From IMG/VR virus record IMGVR_UViG_3300032070_000002, positions 1 through 64,000 of that record: DNA of 64,000 nucleotides. One strand, written 5' to 3'. Below, piece by piece: positions 48,388 through 58,210 of this stretch. How positions within the stretch are numbered: position 1 is the first letter of the stretch; each line of letters opens with the position of its first letter. A program made the position numbers and the translations under genes. This stretch comes from a virus. Under the pieces are notes generated by a model. It had not been told where the DNA came from and made no database searches. It saw only the letters and a list, made by a program, of their open reading frames with translations.

Positions 48388-51300
48388 ATGGAACAAGACA
48401 TAAAACCGGATAATTGTATTAAGTGCGGCCTTTGGAAGACTAGTTGTGTAGTAAACTATCAAGGACAATTCTTTGCATATAGAGTTATGGGAACCGGTCC
48501 TCAAAATGCTAAAGTTATATTTATAGGAGAAGCTTTAGGACAAGCCGAAACAATTAATCAAAAACCGTTTGTAGGAGATGCGGGCGATACTCTAAATATC
48601 GCCTTAAAAGAAGCTAATATAAATAGGGAAGACGTTTATATAACAAATACTTGTAAGTGTTTTTACAGTCCTAATGTATTAGTATTTACTTCAAAAGGAT
48701 GGAAAATGCTTGGAAAGATACGTAAGGACGATTTAGTATTAACTCATAAAGGACGATTTAGAAGAGTTATAGCCCCTTTAAAAATAAAGGTACATCCGGA
48801 CACTACTTTTTTTACTTGTTATCTTAAGTCTAACGGCGGTAATCCCTATAAAATTACCGTTACCGGAGATCATAAATTTTTAACAAATAAGGAATGGACT
48901 AAAGTTAGCGACTTACGAATAGGGGATAGGGTAAGAGTTCTTGCACAAAAATGTATTCAATGCGGTTCCTTATTTTATTCGGATTATAGGCAAACTCAAC
49001 TTTGCTCCTTAGAATGTACTAAGAAATGGAACGGTATTAGAGGTGCCCGTCAAAACAGAGTTCAAAATATTAGAGATAATATTTCTAAAAGTATGAAAGA
49101 ATTATATAAAAAAGGAATAAGAAACGGATTTAAAGATACTATTAATTTTCGTAGAAAATTAGACGGTAGCTTAAATGTTATAGGTAGAAACGGGGTAGGC
49201 GAAAAAGAACTATACGAATTATTAACTAAGAATAGGTACGAAGTAAAGCGCCAAAAATTAATAGCGGATAGATATTTTGCAGATTTTTATTTACCTAAAT
49301 TGAATATAGTAATAGAGGTGTGGAATAGTAGTTATAGAAGTATGATAGATAAAAGAATATGGTATGAACAAAGAGGTTATAAATTTTTAGATTATCATTA
49401 TTCAATAATTTTTAGATATCCGGAAGTAATTTTAACGGAAATTAGAAATTTAGAAAAAAATGATAATCACGAATTTAACTTTATAGATACCTTATTAATA
49501 GATAAAAAAGGGATTACGCCGAGACGAAAAAGCGTATTTTCTTTATCGGTAGTAGAAGACGAATCTTTTATAGCAGGGGGTTTAGTTTCGCATAACTGTC
49601 GTCCTCCTGAAAATAGGCCGCCTAAAACAATGGAAATAAAATGCTGTCTTCCTTTTTTATTAGAAGAAATTAGAAATATAAGCCCAAAAATTATATGTAC
49701 TTTAGGAAGTGTAGCGTTAGAAGCAATATTAAAACGTAAAGGAATATCAAATATTAGAGGTAATATATACGAAACCGAAATAGAGGGATTAAAAGTTAAA
49801 GTTATTCCTACCTATCATCCGGCCTATGTTTTAAGACGTCCCGAATATCCTAATTTAAAAGTAGACTTTCATAAAGATATAAAGTTAGTTAAAGAAGTAA
49901 GCGATAATTTAGATTATAAAAAAGAAAAGCTTCCTACCTATTACTGTACTACTCCTAAGGTAGAAGATATTTTAATATATATAGATAAAATTAAAAAAGT
50001 AGGCTTATTTGGGTACGATATAGAAACGGAAGGTTTTAACTTTTTAAAAGATAGAATCATATCTATAGCCTTAAGTTGCGTCGTACAAGAAGCTATAGCT
50101 TTTTATTTGATAGATTATACCCCGGATGAACAAGATAAAATATTTGCGGGATTAAAAGAAATATTAGAATCAAAAGAACTTCTTAAAATAGGTCAAAATT
50201 TAAAATTTGATAATAAGTTTTTTAAAACATACGGTATTGAAGTTAAACTACCCTTATTTGATACTATGTTAGCACATTTTTTAATAGACGAAAATAGTTC
50301 TCACGGTTTAAAAGATTTAGCTTATAAATATACGGATATGGGTGGATATGAAGAAAACTTTGAAAATATATTTAAAGAATTAAAAGGTAAAATGAAAAAA
50401 GATTTAATAGAAAGTTTAAAAGAAACAAAGAAAAACTCTTTAGAAGTATATACTAAATTATTACAAGAAGGATTAGAAAAGATAGATAATTTTTCTATAG
50501 TACCTAAAGAAGTTTTATTACCGTATAACGCCTCTGATGTTGATTGTACTTTAAGGATTTATTATGCATTAAAAGATTTAATAGAAAAAGAAGAATTGAC
50601 TAAAGTATACTATTATATTATGATACCTTTACTAATAGTATTAACGGAAACGGAATATAGCGGTATTCAAATAGATACTAACTACCTTAATATTTTATCA
50701 AAAGATTTACAAGATAGAATAGAAGATATACAATTTCAAATAAATAGTAGGCCGGAAATAAAAAAAGTAGAAGAACTTTTACCTAGTTTAATTAAAAGTA
50801 AAAAAATAGAAGATATTAAATTTAATATTAATTCTCCTAAACACCTTCAAGTCTTATTGTATAAAGTTTGTAATTTACAACCTATTAAACAAATAAAAAC
50901 CGGTTATTCAACGGATGAGGCTACTTTAAAAACATTACAAGAAAAAAGTGAAATAGTAAAGTTAATTATGCAATATAGAACGATCAATCACGATTTTACT
51001 ACGTATGTAGAACAATTAAGAAGTAGTTTAGATGAAAACGGAAAATGTCATACGGATTATATGCAACACGGCGCTGTTAGCGGTAGAGTAATTTCTCATA
51101 AACCTAACTTACAAAATATTCCTAGGGATTCTAATATTAAAAAATTATTTATACCGGATAAAGGGTGCGTAATAATATCTGCGGACTATGCTCAAATTGA
51201 GTACAAAGTATGGGCTAACTATTCTAATGATCCTCAAATGTTAGAGGATATTAGAAATGGGTTAGATATCCATTCGGAAGTTTGTTGTTTAGTGTGGCCT

Positions 51301-51975
51301 CACTTATATAAAAAAGTAGGCGACAAACAATATTTACATATTCTTACGGGAGAAATAAAAAGTAAAGTAAGCGCGGAACATAGAGTAAAAGCTAAACAAG
51401 TGGTATTTGGATTAATATACGGTAGAGGAATACCTAGTTTAGTAAAGGATTTAGGAATAACGGAATTAGAAGCTATAGCAATTGTTAATTACGTGTTAGG
51501 AAAATATCCTAAAGCTAAATTATGGCTAGAAAATCAAAAGAAGGATGTAAAGAAGTATAAACGAGTAAAAGATTTATTTGGTAGAATTAGAAGGTTACCG
51601 GAAATAGATAGTAAGGATAATGAAAGAGTAGCAGAAGTTATTAGACAATGTTGTAACGCACCTGTTCAAGGCGGCGCAGCGGATATTACTAGTATAGCTA
51701 CTATTAGAGTATATAACTTAATTAAAAAATTAGAAATGTTAATGAGATTAATTTTAACTATACACGATTCTTTAAAATATTCTACACCAGTAAAAGAAAT
51801 AGATAAGGGTATAGAATGTATGAAAAAAGGAATGTGTTCTAGCATTCCGGGAGTAACTTTTCCGCTAGAAATAGAAATAGAGATAGGACCAAATTGGTAT
51901 GATTTAATTTCTTTAGAAGAATTTAATAAAGATAGAAATAAATACTTAAAGGAATGGAACTTACTTGAAGTATAA
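48388..51975 (+). CDS. polA: Family-4 uracil-DNA glycosylase (with intein) fused to family A DNA polymerase with 3'-5' exonuclease
   Basis: UDG: CxxC, IGEALG, PFVG.AG, KC|RPP, TYHPAY. Exo: DIET, QNLKFD, YNASD. Pol: PNLQNIP, ADYAQIE, KAK..FGLIYG, IHDS. Confidence 0.93.
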   Translation: MEQDIKPDNCIKCGLWKTSCVVNYQGQFFAYRVMGTGPQNAKVIFIGEALGQAETINQKPFVGDAGDTLNIALKEANINREDVYITNTCKCFYSPNVLVFTSKGWKMLGKIRKDDLVLTHKGRFRRVIAPLKIKVHPDTTFFTCYLKSNGGNPYKITVTGDHKFLTNKEWTKVSDLRIGDRVRVLAQKCIQCGSLFYSDYRQTQLCSLECTKKWNGIRGARQNRVQNIRDNISKSMKELYKKGIRNGFKDTINFRRKLDGSLNVIGRNGVGEKELYELLTKNRYEVKRQKLIADRYFADFYLPKLNIVIEVWNSSYRSMIDKRIWYEQRGYKFLDYHYSIIFRYPEVILTEIRNLEKNDNHEFNFIDTLLIDKKGITPRRKSVFSLSVVEDESFIAGGLVSHNCRPPENRPPKTMEIKCCLPFLLEEIRNISPKIICTLGSVALEAILKRKGISNIRGNIYETEIEGLKVKVIPTYHPAYVLRRPEYPNLKVDFHKDIKLVKEVSDNLDYKKEKLPTYYCTTPKVEDILIYIDKIKKVGLFGYDIETEGFNFLKDRIISIALSCVVQEAIAFYLIDYTPDEQDKIFAGLKEILESKELLKIGQNLKFDNKFFKTYGIEVKLPLFDTMLAHFLIDENSSHGLKDLAYKYTDMGGYEENFENIFKELKGKMKKDLIESLKETKKNSLEVYTKLLQEGLEKIDNFSIVPKEVLLPYNASDVDCTLRIYYALKDLIEKEELTKVYYYIMIPLLIVLTETEYSGIQIDTNYLNILSKDLQDRIEDIQFQINSRPEIKKVEELLPSLIKSKKIEDIKFNINSPKHLQVLLYKVCNLQPIKQIKTGYSTDEATLKTLQEKSEIVKLIMQYRTINHDFTTYVEQLRSSLDENGKCHTDYMQHGAVSGRVISHKPNLQNIPRDSNIKKLFIPDKGCVIISADYAQIEYKVWANYSNDPQMLEDIRNGLDIHSEVCCLVWPHLYKKVGDKQYLHILTGEIKSKVSAEHRVKAKQVVFGLIYGRGIPSLVKDLGITELEAIAIVNYVLGKYPKAKLWLENQKKDVKKYKRVKDLFGRIRRLPEIDSKDNERVAEVIRQCCNAPVQGGAADITSIATIRVYNLIKKLEMLMRLILTIHDSLKYSTPVKEIDKGIECMKKGMCSSIPGVTFPLEIEIEIGPNWYDLISLEEFNKDRNKYLKEWNLLEV
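48658..49596 (+). mobile_element. Intein (313 aa) with zinc finger and Vsr/DUF559-like PD-(D/E)XK nuclease
   Basis: CFYSP start; VLTHKGR; VTGDHKF; CIQC/CSLEC; EKELY..Q...ADFY.P...VIEV; SHN|C end. Confidence 0.92.
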
Positions 51976-52404
51976 TTATAATAGAATGAAAATTAAAAAG
52001 TGTATAAGAGAACTAGTTTGTCTTCTACTTTTATTTGGACACGAATATATTAAGCGTGGTAATCAATACGGTACTCAGTTAATTTGTAGAAAGTGCGATA
52101 AAAATTTAGGGAGAGTATAGAGTGGAAAATATAGGTATAAGTACTACAATTCAATTAGTATGTGATAAATTAGATATTCCCTATACTTCTCCTAATCCTA
52201 GTCATTTTCAATTCTATAAAGACGCTAGTAGAGTATATAGGATAATAGAAGAATTAAAAATAATAGAAACGGAATTAAGCGAAATAGAGAAAAGACATAA
52301 AATAAGTGGACTATCAAAAGCAATAGAAGTATGTAGAAATCAATTACATAATACGGAACACGACTTAGTTAAATTAACAAGAGATATATTAAAGGAGAAG
52401 AAAA

Positions 52405-52809
52405 ATGGAACAATACGACTTAGATCCTCAAGTAAAAGAAGTAATAGATAAAATAGAAGAAATAGGCAAAGCTTTAAGAACAGATGCAATATCTAAAAGT
52501 TTTAGTCCTAGAGCAGAATATTTAAAAATGTTAGATATAGCAACCGGTTGTTATATGTTTCTTGCTCCAGAGTACAAAAGGTACCGTGCTATAAAAGAAA
52601 ATAATGAGGTTGCAAAATATGTAACCCTTAAAAACGAACAAATTACTAAATTTGTTTCTGCTTCTGCAGAACGAGAAGCTAGTACTTTCGTATCTAAGGA
52701 AAGATATATAAGAGATGTATTAGAGGGTTGGTTAATGGCTGCAGAGCAGGCAATTTATACACTAAAGAAACATTTAGGTGACGATAAAAAAGAAGAGAGC
52801 CTTTCTTAA
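52405..52809 (+). CDS. Helical protein, possibly UvsY-like recombination mediator
   Basis: Size, helicity and position before the SSB gene. Confidence 0.25.
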   Translation: MEQYDLDPQVKEVIDKIEEIGKALRTDAISKSFSPRAEYLKMLDIATGCYMFLAPEYKRYRAIKENNEVAKYVTLKNEQITKFVSASAEREASTFVSKERYIRDVLEGWLMAAEQAIYTLKKHLGDDKKEESLS

Positions 52810-52820
52810 AGGAGGAACAA

Positions 52821-53420
52821 ATGGACGAACACGGTTGGAAAGATAGCGAACAAGAGCAGGGTATTTTTAGCGGAGAATATGGAAATATATTAAAGCTAAA
52901 AATGGTAGAAAAAACTTATACTATTAGAATTTTAGGAAAGTATAAGTTTTTCAGATTTCATTGGTTTCAAAATATTCAACGTTCTGCAATTTGTGATAGT
53001 GTTAACTGTCCTATATGCGCACAAGGTAGTAAAGGTCAATTGAAGTATGTTGTAAACATTATAGACAGAGCAGACGGTAAAGTAAAGTTATGGGAATTCG
53101 GAAGACGCGTAAAAACAGCTATTGAAAGTATAGCAGATTTATATGGGACACCGGATAAATACGATTTAATTGTAACAAGAAAAGGAATGAAGCAAGATGA
53201 TACCGTTTATACAATTATTCCTGCAAGAGAAGAAAAAGCTTTAACAGAAGAAGAGCAAAAGTTAGTAAAATTTGATTTAGATAAACTTTATATTGCAACG
53301 CCTAAAGAAAAAGTAGATGCTTATTTAAAAGGTATAGTGCCGCCTAGAACCGAAAAAAAAGTGGAGCCGGCAATAGAACCCGACCATAGTAGTGATTCTG
53401 ATTTACCGACTTTAGGATAA
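52821..53420 (+). CDS. Single-stranded DNA-binding protein (gp32-like)
   Basis: IRIL, HW, C...CPIC, NIIDR.DG.VK.W motifs; acidic C-terminal tail. Confidence 0.82.
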   Translation: MDEHGWKDSEQEQGIFSGEYGNILKLKMVEKTYTIRILGKYKFFRFHWFQNIQRSAICDSVNCPICAQGSKGQLKYVVNIIDRADGKVKLWEFGRRVKTAIESIADLYGTPDKYDLIVTRKGMKQDDTVYTIIPAREEKALTEEEQKLVKFDLDKLYIATPKEKVDAYLKGIVPPRTEKKVEPAIEPDHSSDSDLPTLG

Positions 53421-53448
53421 ATAACTATTTAGTAGTTCGTTAATAAAA

Positions 53449-54057
53449 ATGCAAACTATAAAAATTGAAGAAGTAGAAAAACTCCTCAGCAAAAAAATAA
53501 GAAAAGAAGCTATTTCAATAGGTTTTGATGTAGCTGAGGAGTTTACGGGTGTTTGTATTTTAAAAACAGACAATGATAATATTTATATTGAGGATTTACA
53601 AAAAATAGTAACAAATAAAAAAGACGATATTAAACATAGGATAGACTATTTTATAGATGCTTTAAAAAAGTTTAAACAAGATTTAGAGAAATATAAAGAT
53701 AATTATAAAATAGTAATAGTAGAACAACCGTGGCTTGGATTAAATCCAAAGGTTTTTGAAGCGTTAGTTACTTTTAAAACATTAACATATGTCTCTTTTA
53801 AAAAGGAGTGTGATTATATTGATTTTGTTTCTGCTTCAACTGCTAGAGCAGAAATAGCCTTTAATAAAAATAAACAAATAGAAGTAGGTAATGTAGTAAT
53901 AGAAAAAATTAGTAGGGGTAAAAATAAAGGAAAACCTAAAAAAGTAGACATTAAAAAGTTAGTTAAGGATTATTTAAAAACCGCTCTTAGTATTGAAATA
54001 GAAGATAGTGATAAAGCGGATGGTTTTGTTTTAGCCTTATACGGGTTATTGAAGTAA
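53449..54057 (+). CDS. RuvC-like Holliday junction resolvase
   Basis: IGFD....TG, IVEQ and D.ADG motifs. Confidence 0.75.
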   Translation: MQTIKIEEVEKLLSKKIRKEAISIGFDVAEEFTGVCILKTDNDNIYIEDLQKIVTNKKDDIKHRIDYFIDALKKFKQDLEKYKDNYKIVIVEQPWLGLNPKVFEALVTFKTLTYVSFKKECDYIDFVSASTARAEIAFNKNKQIEVGNVVIEKISRGKNKGKPKKVDIKKLVKDYLKTALSIEIEDSDKADGFVLALYGLLK

Positions 54058-54066
54058 GGAGATTAA

Positions 54067-55086
54067 ATGGAAGAAAAAGAAAATACTAATAATGTTGTAA
54101 AGGCCCTTAATAAGATGTTCGGAAAAACGATAATACAGCCTGCTAGTCAAATGAAGGGATTAGAGATAGAAAGAACACTTACCGGCATTATTCCTTTAGA
54201 TATAGAAATGGGCGGCGGTTTACCGAGAGGTAGAATGGTAGAAATATACGGCCCGGAAAGTTCTGCAAAAACTTATATATGTTTATGTTCTGTTGCAAAC
54301 GAGCAAAAACTATTTAAAAAGCCTTGTTTGTGGATCGATCAGGAAGGCGTTTTCGATCCGGTCTGGTCTCAAAAAGTAGGCGTAAACTTAGACTTGTTAG
54401 ATATTGCTAAACCGGAAACGGCAGAACAAGCGGGAACAATATTAGATTCCGCTACTCGGTCGGGAGATTATGCAATAATTGTGTTAGATTCCGTCGCTGC
54501 TATGTTACCCGAAGAAGATTTAGATAAATCTATGGATGATGCAGAAAGAATAGGTAATAGGGCAATGGTAAATAATAGAATAGTAAGAAAATTACAATCT
54601 GCTTTAAATACTAGGGAAGATGACTCTATACCAAACGGAACAATAGTTTTATTTATTAATCAAATAAGAATGAAAATAGGACAATATGGAAACCCGGAAG
54701 ATACGCCGGGCGGTAAAGGTATTAGATTTATGGCTTCAATTAGGTTAGAATTACGTCGCGGTGATTTAATTAAAGAAAAAGAAGAGGGCGAGGATATAGT
54801 AACTGCGGTAACTATAAAATTTAAAACAGTTAAAAACAAAACGTTTACGCCATTTAGAACAGGTCAATTTATTCTAAATACCTTAGGAGATAAAGCGGGT
54901 ACTATAGATATTTCTGAATCAATAATTAGATATGCAATTTTATCCGGAGTAATAAAACACGAGGGTCACTCTTATTATATAGGTGACGATAAGGTATTAG
55001 GAATAGAAAATCTAAAACAATATTTAAATGAAAAGCCGGAATTAATAAGTAAACTTTATGAAGAAGTAAAAAAGGTATACAAATGA
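54067..55086 (+). CDS. recA: RecA recombinase
   Basis: GGGLPRGRMVEIYGPES, LDSVAAM, FINQIRMKIG, PGGKG and VKNK motifs. Confidence 0.95.
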   Translation: MEEKENTNNVVKALNKMFGKTIIQPASQMKGLEIERTLTGIIPLDIEMGGGLPRGRMVEIYGPESSAKTYICLCSVANEQKLFKKPCLWIDQEGVFDPVWSQKVGVNLDLLDIAKPETAEQAGTILDSATRSGDYAIIVLDSVAAMLPEEDLDKSMDDAERIGNRAMVNNRIVRKLQSALNTREDDSIPNGTIVLFINQIRMKIGQYGNPEDTPGGKGIRFMASIRLELRRGDLIKEKEEGEDIVTAVTIKFKTVKNKTFTPFRTGQFILNTLGDKAGTIDISESIIRYAILSGVIKHEGHSYYIGDDKVLGIENLKQYLNEKPELISKLYEEVKKVYK

Positions 55087-55537
55087 TAAAAACAATTGAG
55101 GAAAAATTTATAGCATACGTAATTTCGGAAGGCGTAATAAAAAGTATTATTGGCGAAATTAAAAATAAACAAGGTATTATTTTATGTAATAAATGTAATG
55201 GAGAAATAAGAAGTCATACGGATGAGTCGGGAACAAATTATCAATGCCTTAAATGCAGAGAATTAATGTATTGTTATAATTATCGTGAAAAAACGCATAA
55301 ACCGGACTTAAAAAGAAGTGACTTAAAAAGAATTCAAGAAGAAGTATTTTATTATGCAACCCACGAAGGTCATTTTGACTTCTTAAAAGATAATGATTAT
55401 CCGACTTTACAATTTAGTTATATAAAAGATTTATTAGATAGTAAAGTAAAGGAAATATTTTTAAAATGAGTCCACTTGATTTAGTAATTATTACCGTATT
55501 AAGCTTATTTAGTAGGATATAATGAAGGAAAGAGGAA

Positions 55538-55843
55538 ATGAGCCTTCCAAAATATTTAATCGAAGAAAAATCTGTAAAAAAACAATCTCTTAAACAAGAG
55601 AAAAGAGTAAGAAGGCAATTAGCTTCGGGAGCGTTAGCTTTTTATAAAGGCGACTTAGTTGACTTAGATAGTAATAAAATGTATGAATTAAAGTTAGCGG
55701 CGAAAGGAAAACAAGTAATAGTAAAAAGAGATATGTTAGAAAAAATATTTAAGGAAGCAAAACAAGATGGAAAACTCCCGGTAATGTTTATAGAAATAGG
55801 CGAGTATATATTAATAGGAGAAGTAATTAAAAAAAGGAGTTAG
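55538..55843 (+). CDS. PD-(D/E)XK (Hjc-like) nuclease
   Basis: QEKR, ASGA..KGD and YELK motifs. Confidence 0.7.
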   Translation: MSLPKYLIEEKSVKKQSLKQEKRVRRQLASGALAFYKGDLVDLDSNKMYELKLAAKGKQVIVKRDMLEKIFKEAKQDGKLPVMFIEIGEYILIGEVIKKRS

Positions 55844-55847
55844 TAAA

Positions 55848-56507
55848 ATGAGAAAACTATATTTAATAATAATAATATTAGTAGCTATTATAGGTTTTAT
55901 ATTAGGTTATACAATTCCGGTTAAAGCGGAAACTGCAACCTTCCCGGGAATAGAAAAACATTCTGTTCGTTTATTTTCTATCGGTTATGGAGGTATAGGT
56001 GGATGCACGGGAACTGTATTATCTAACGATGAAACAAAGGCTACCGTTTTAACTTGTAAACATTGCATAAGTATTGATGAGGAATTATTTGTTGAAGATA
56101 AAAAAGTAATAAAAATTATAACTGCACCAGATAATGATTTAGCTTATTTAATAGTGGAAGGAAAATTAAAGAATAAAAAGCCTGCTAAAATAGCAAATAA
56201 AAACGAAGAAACGGGTTCTAAAGTATTAATGTACGGTAAGCCCGGTTTAACTATAAATTATACGAAAACGGGCTCAGTATTAGTTTATACGCGTCATTGG
56301 GCTTTTGCAAAATTAGAATTAATAGGAGGTTGTTCCGGTTCCGGACTATTTAATTTACAAGGCGAATTAGTAGGTACAGTTTGGGGTTCGTATAAAGAAG
56401 GAGGTACCGGCGGTACTTTATTTACAGAGCCCGTAGGAGGTACGCCTATAGGAATATTTGAACCTTTAACGGATATTAAAAAGTTTCTGGAAGAAGTAAA
56501 AAAATGA
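55848..56507 (+). CDS. Exported trypsin-like serine protease
   Basis: Signal peptide; LTCKHC, DLA and GCSGSG triad motifs. Confidence 0.85.
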   Translation: MRKLYLIIIILVAIIGFILGYTIPVKAETATFPGIEKHSVRLFSIGYGGIGGCTGTVLSNDETKATVLTCKHCISIDEELFVEDKKVIKIITAPDNDLAYLIVEGKLKNKKPAKIANKNEETGSKVLMYGKPGLTINYTKTGSVLVYTRHWAFAKLELIGGCSGSGLFNLQGELVGTVWGSYKEGGTGGTLFTEPVGGTPIGIFEPLTDIKKFLEEVKK

Positions 56508-57463
56508 AAGAATACGATATAACTTATACGTCCGATTTTCAATTAGATTTAGATAATAGAATAGACGATTTTATAAAATCCCTAAATCAAATAAAAGAAA
56601 TTGCTAATAAGGGCAAACTTTTAATTATAGGCGGGGATATTTATAGAGATAGAAGGCCGCACCCTAAAGAGATGAATATATTCCGAGATTTTATAAAGAA
56701 TATAAGCGTCCCAGTAGAAATAGTAATAGGTAATCACGACGAAAATTTAGATGTTACTACATTAGATGAATTCTTAAAATTTAATATAAAAGAAGTAACC
56801 TTACATAGACCTCCTTTTATATTAAAATATAGCGGGTTAAATATATATTTAGACCATACTATTATTGAAGGGGCTAAAATGGGCCCTTCGGACTTTATAT
56901 TAAATAATAAAAGGGTAAAACCGCTTAAAAATATATTGGATAATAAATGTGATTTTTATTTAATAGGGGATATACATAAAGCTCAAGTAGTAAATAAAGA
57001 ACCTCCGGTTCTATATGCGGGTAGTATAGAAAGAGAAGATTTTGGAGAACGAAATGAAGGTAAATATGTTATACTAATAAATTCTAATACGAAGGAATAC
57101 GTTTATAAGCCATTAAATATTAGGCCTATGTATCAAATAAATTTAGATTTATCTTCGAGTAATGAGCAATTTAAAGAAGGAAAAATAGTTCCTCCCCAAG
57201 TAGAAAATGCAATAGTAAAAGTAGTTATTACGGGAACTAAAGAACAAATAGAAAAATATAATGAAGCTAATTTAAAAGAAAGTTTAAATAAAACTTTTTC
57301 TTACAAAATACAGTATAATGTCTTAAAGGAAATAAAAAGTAGAAATACTAATATAAACGAAGGAAGATCGATAGAGGATTGTTTTAAGGAATATGCAAAA
57401 GAGCATAAATTTAACGAATACGAGTTAGAAAAAGGAATGGAAATACTAAGCTATGAATGTTAA
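56504..57463 (+). CDS. sbcD: SbcD/Mre11-like nuclease (gp47-like)
   Basis: SD, GGDIY, IGNHD, IGDIH and YAGS.ER.DFGE motifs. Confidence 0.9.
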   Translation: MKEYDITYTSDFQLDLDNRIDDFIKSLNQIKEIANKGKLLIIGGDIYRDRRPHPKEMNIFRDFIKNISVPVEIVIGNHDENLDVTTLDEFLKFNIKEVTLHRPPFILKYSGLNIYLDHTIIEGAKMGPSDFILNNKRVKPLKNILDNKCDFYLIGDIHKAQVVNKEPPVLYAGSIEREDFGERNEGKYVILINSNTKEYVYKPLNIRPMYQINLDLSSSNEQFKEGKIVPPQVENAIVKVVITGTKEQIEKYNEANLKESLNKTFSYKIQYNVLKEIKSRNTNINEGRSIEDCFKEYAKEHKFNEYELEKGMEILSYEC

Positions 57464-57770
57464 AAGATTGATTCTTCATAATTTTTTAAGTCATAAAGAA
57501 GTGGATATAGATTTATCTAAGGAAGGTATTTACAATATTATTGGAAAAACGGGTGCGGGAAAGAGTGCTATTAGGGATGCACTTACATATACGCTATTTG
57601 GAAAAGGCAGGTATGATGACCAAGAAAAGTATATTTCTGATTATGAAAAAGAAATGTTTGTAGTTGTAGAATTTGAACAAAATGAAAAAACTTTTAGAGT
57701 AACAAGAAAAAAGGTTAAGGGAGAAACTACTAAGTTAGAAGTAGAGGAATTAAATGAAATTCGGAAATAG
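57453..57770 (+). CDS. sbcC: SbcC/Rad50 ATPase, N-terminal fragment
   Basis: L.NFLSH, IIGKTGAGKS and DALTYTLFG motifs; ends after 105 aa. Confidence 0.85.
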   Translation: MNVKRLILHNFLSHKEVDIDLSKEGIYNIIGKTGAGKSAIRDALTYTLFGKGRYDDQEKYISDYEKEMFVVVEFEQNEKTFRVTRKKVKGETTKLEVEELNEIRK

Positions 57771-57936
57771 GGTAAAAGTTATAATTTTTTATGGAAAAAA
57801 TCAAAAAGATAAATTTGAAATTAACGCAGAATTAGCAGAAATTCGTTGGGATAAAAATAGTTTTCAAATTCGGGGATTATTTAACCCAGATGTAATAAAA
57901 GTAGAAAAGGAAAATCTAAATGGAAAAACTCCTTAA
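57754..57936 (+). CDS. Hypothetical protein between the sbcC fragments
   Basis: 60 aa; GAGG RBS; overlaps both neighbours. Confidence 0.5.
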   Translation: MKFGNRVKVIIFYGKNQKDKFEINAELAEIRWDKNSFQIRGLFNPDVIKVEKENLNGKTP

Positions 57937-58210
57937 TGAAATTTTAGATAAATTAAATTTTTTAATGGCTAATACCTATTTAATGATAGGAAAGGATTTA
58001 AAAACCGTAATGGATTTATATAGTGAAAGAAAAAAATTAGAACGGCCTACGCCTACTGAAATAGAATTAAAATATTCGGAAGATATCGCCGCGGTAAAGA
58101 AACACGCTTTTAGCAACAATCAATTTAAAATTAGTGAAGATAGAAAATGGGTTATAGTAGAAGATAAGTATCATATTTATAAAATACCCTACGAATTATG
58201 GATAAGATAG
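57920..58210 (+). CDS. Hypothetical protein between the sbcC fragments
   Basis: 96 aa; AAGGA RBS; overlaps both neighbours. Confidence 0.55.
   Translation: MEKLLNEILDKLNFLMANTYLMIGKDLKTVMDLYSERKKLERPTPTEIELKYSEDIAAVKKHAFSNNQFKISEDRKWVIVEDKYHIYKIPYELWIR

Noticed and set aside
54250-54273. RecA Walker A variant GPESSAKT as a sign of inactivation
   Set aside because: Phage recombinases tolerate P-loop variation (T4 UvsX is non-canonical) and the other motifs are intact.
57747-58198. GAATTA direct repeat flanking the sbcC insert as an excision or target-site signal
   Set aside because: Only 6 nt in AT-rich DNA, and deletion between the copies would join the halves out of frame.
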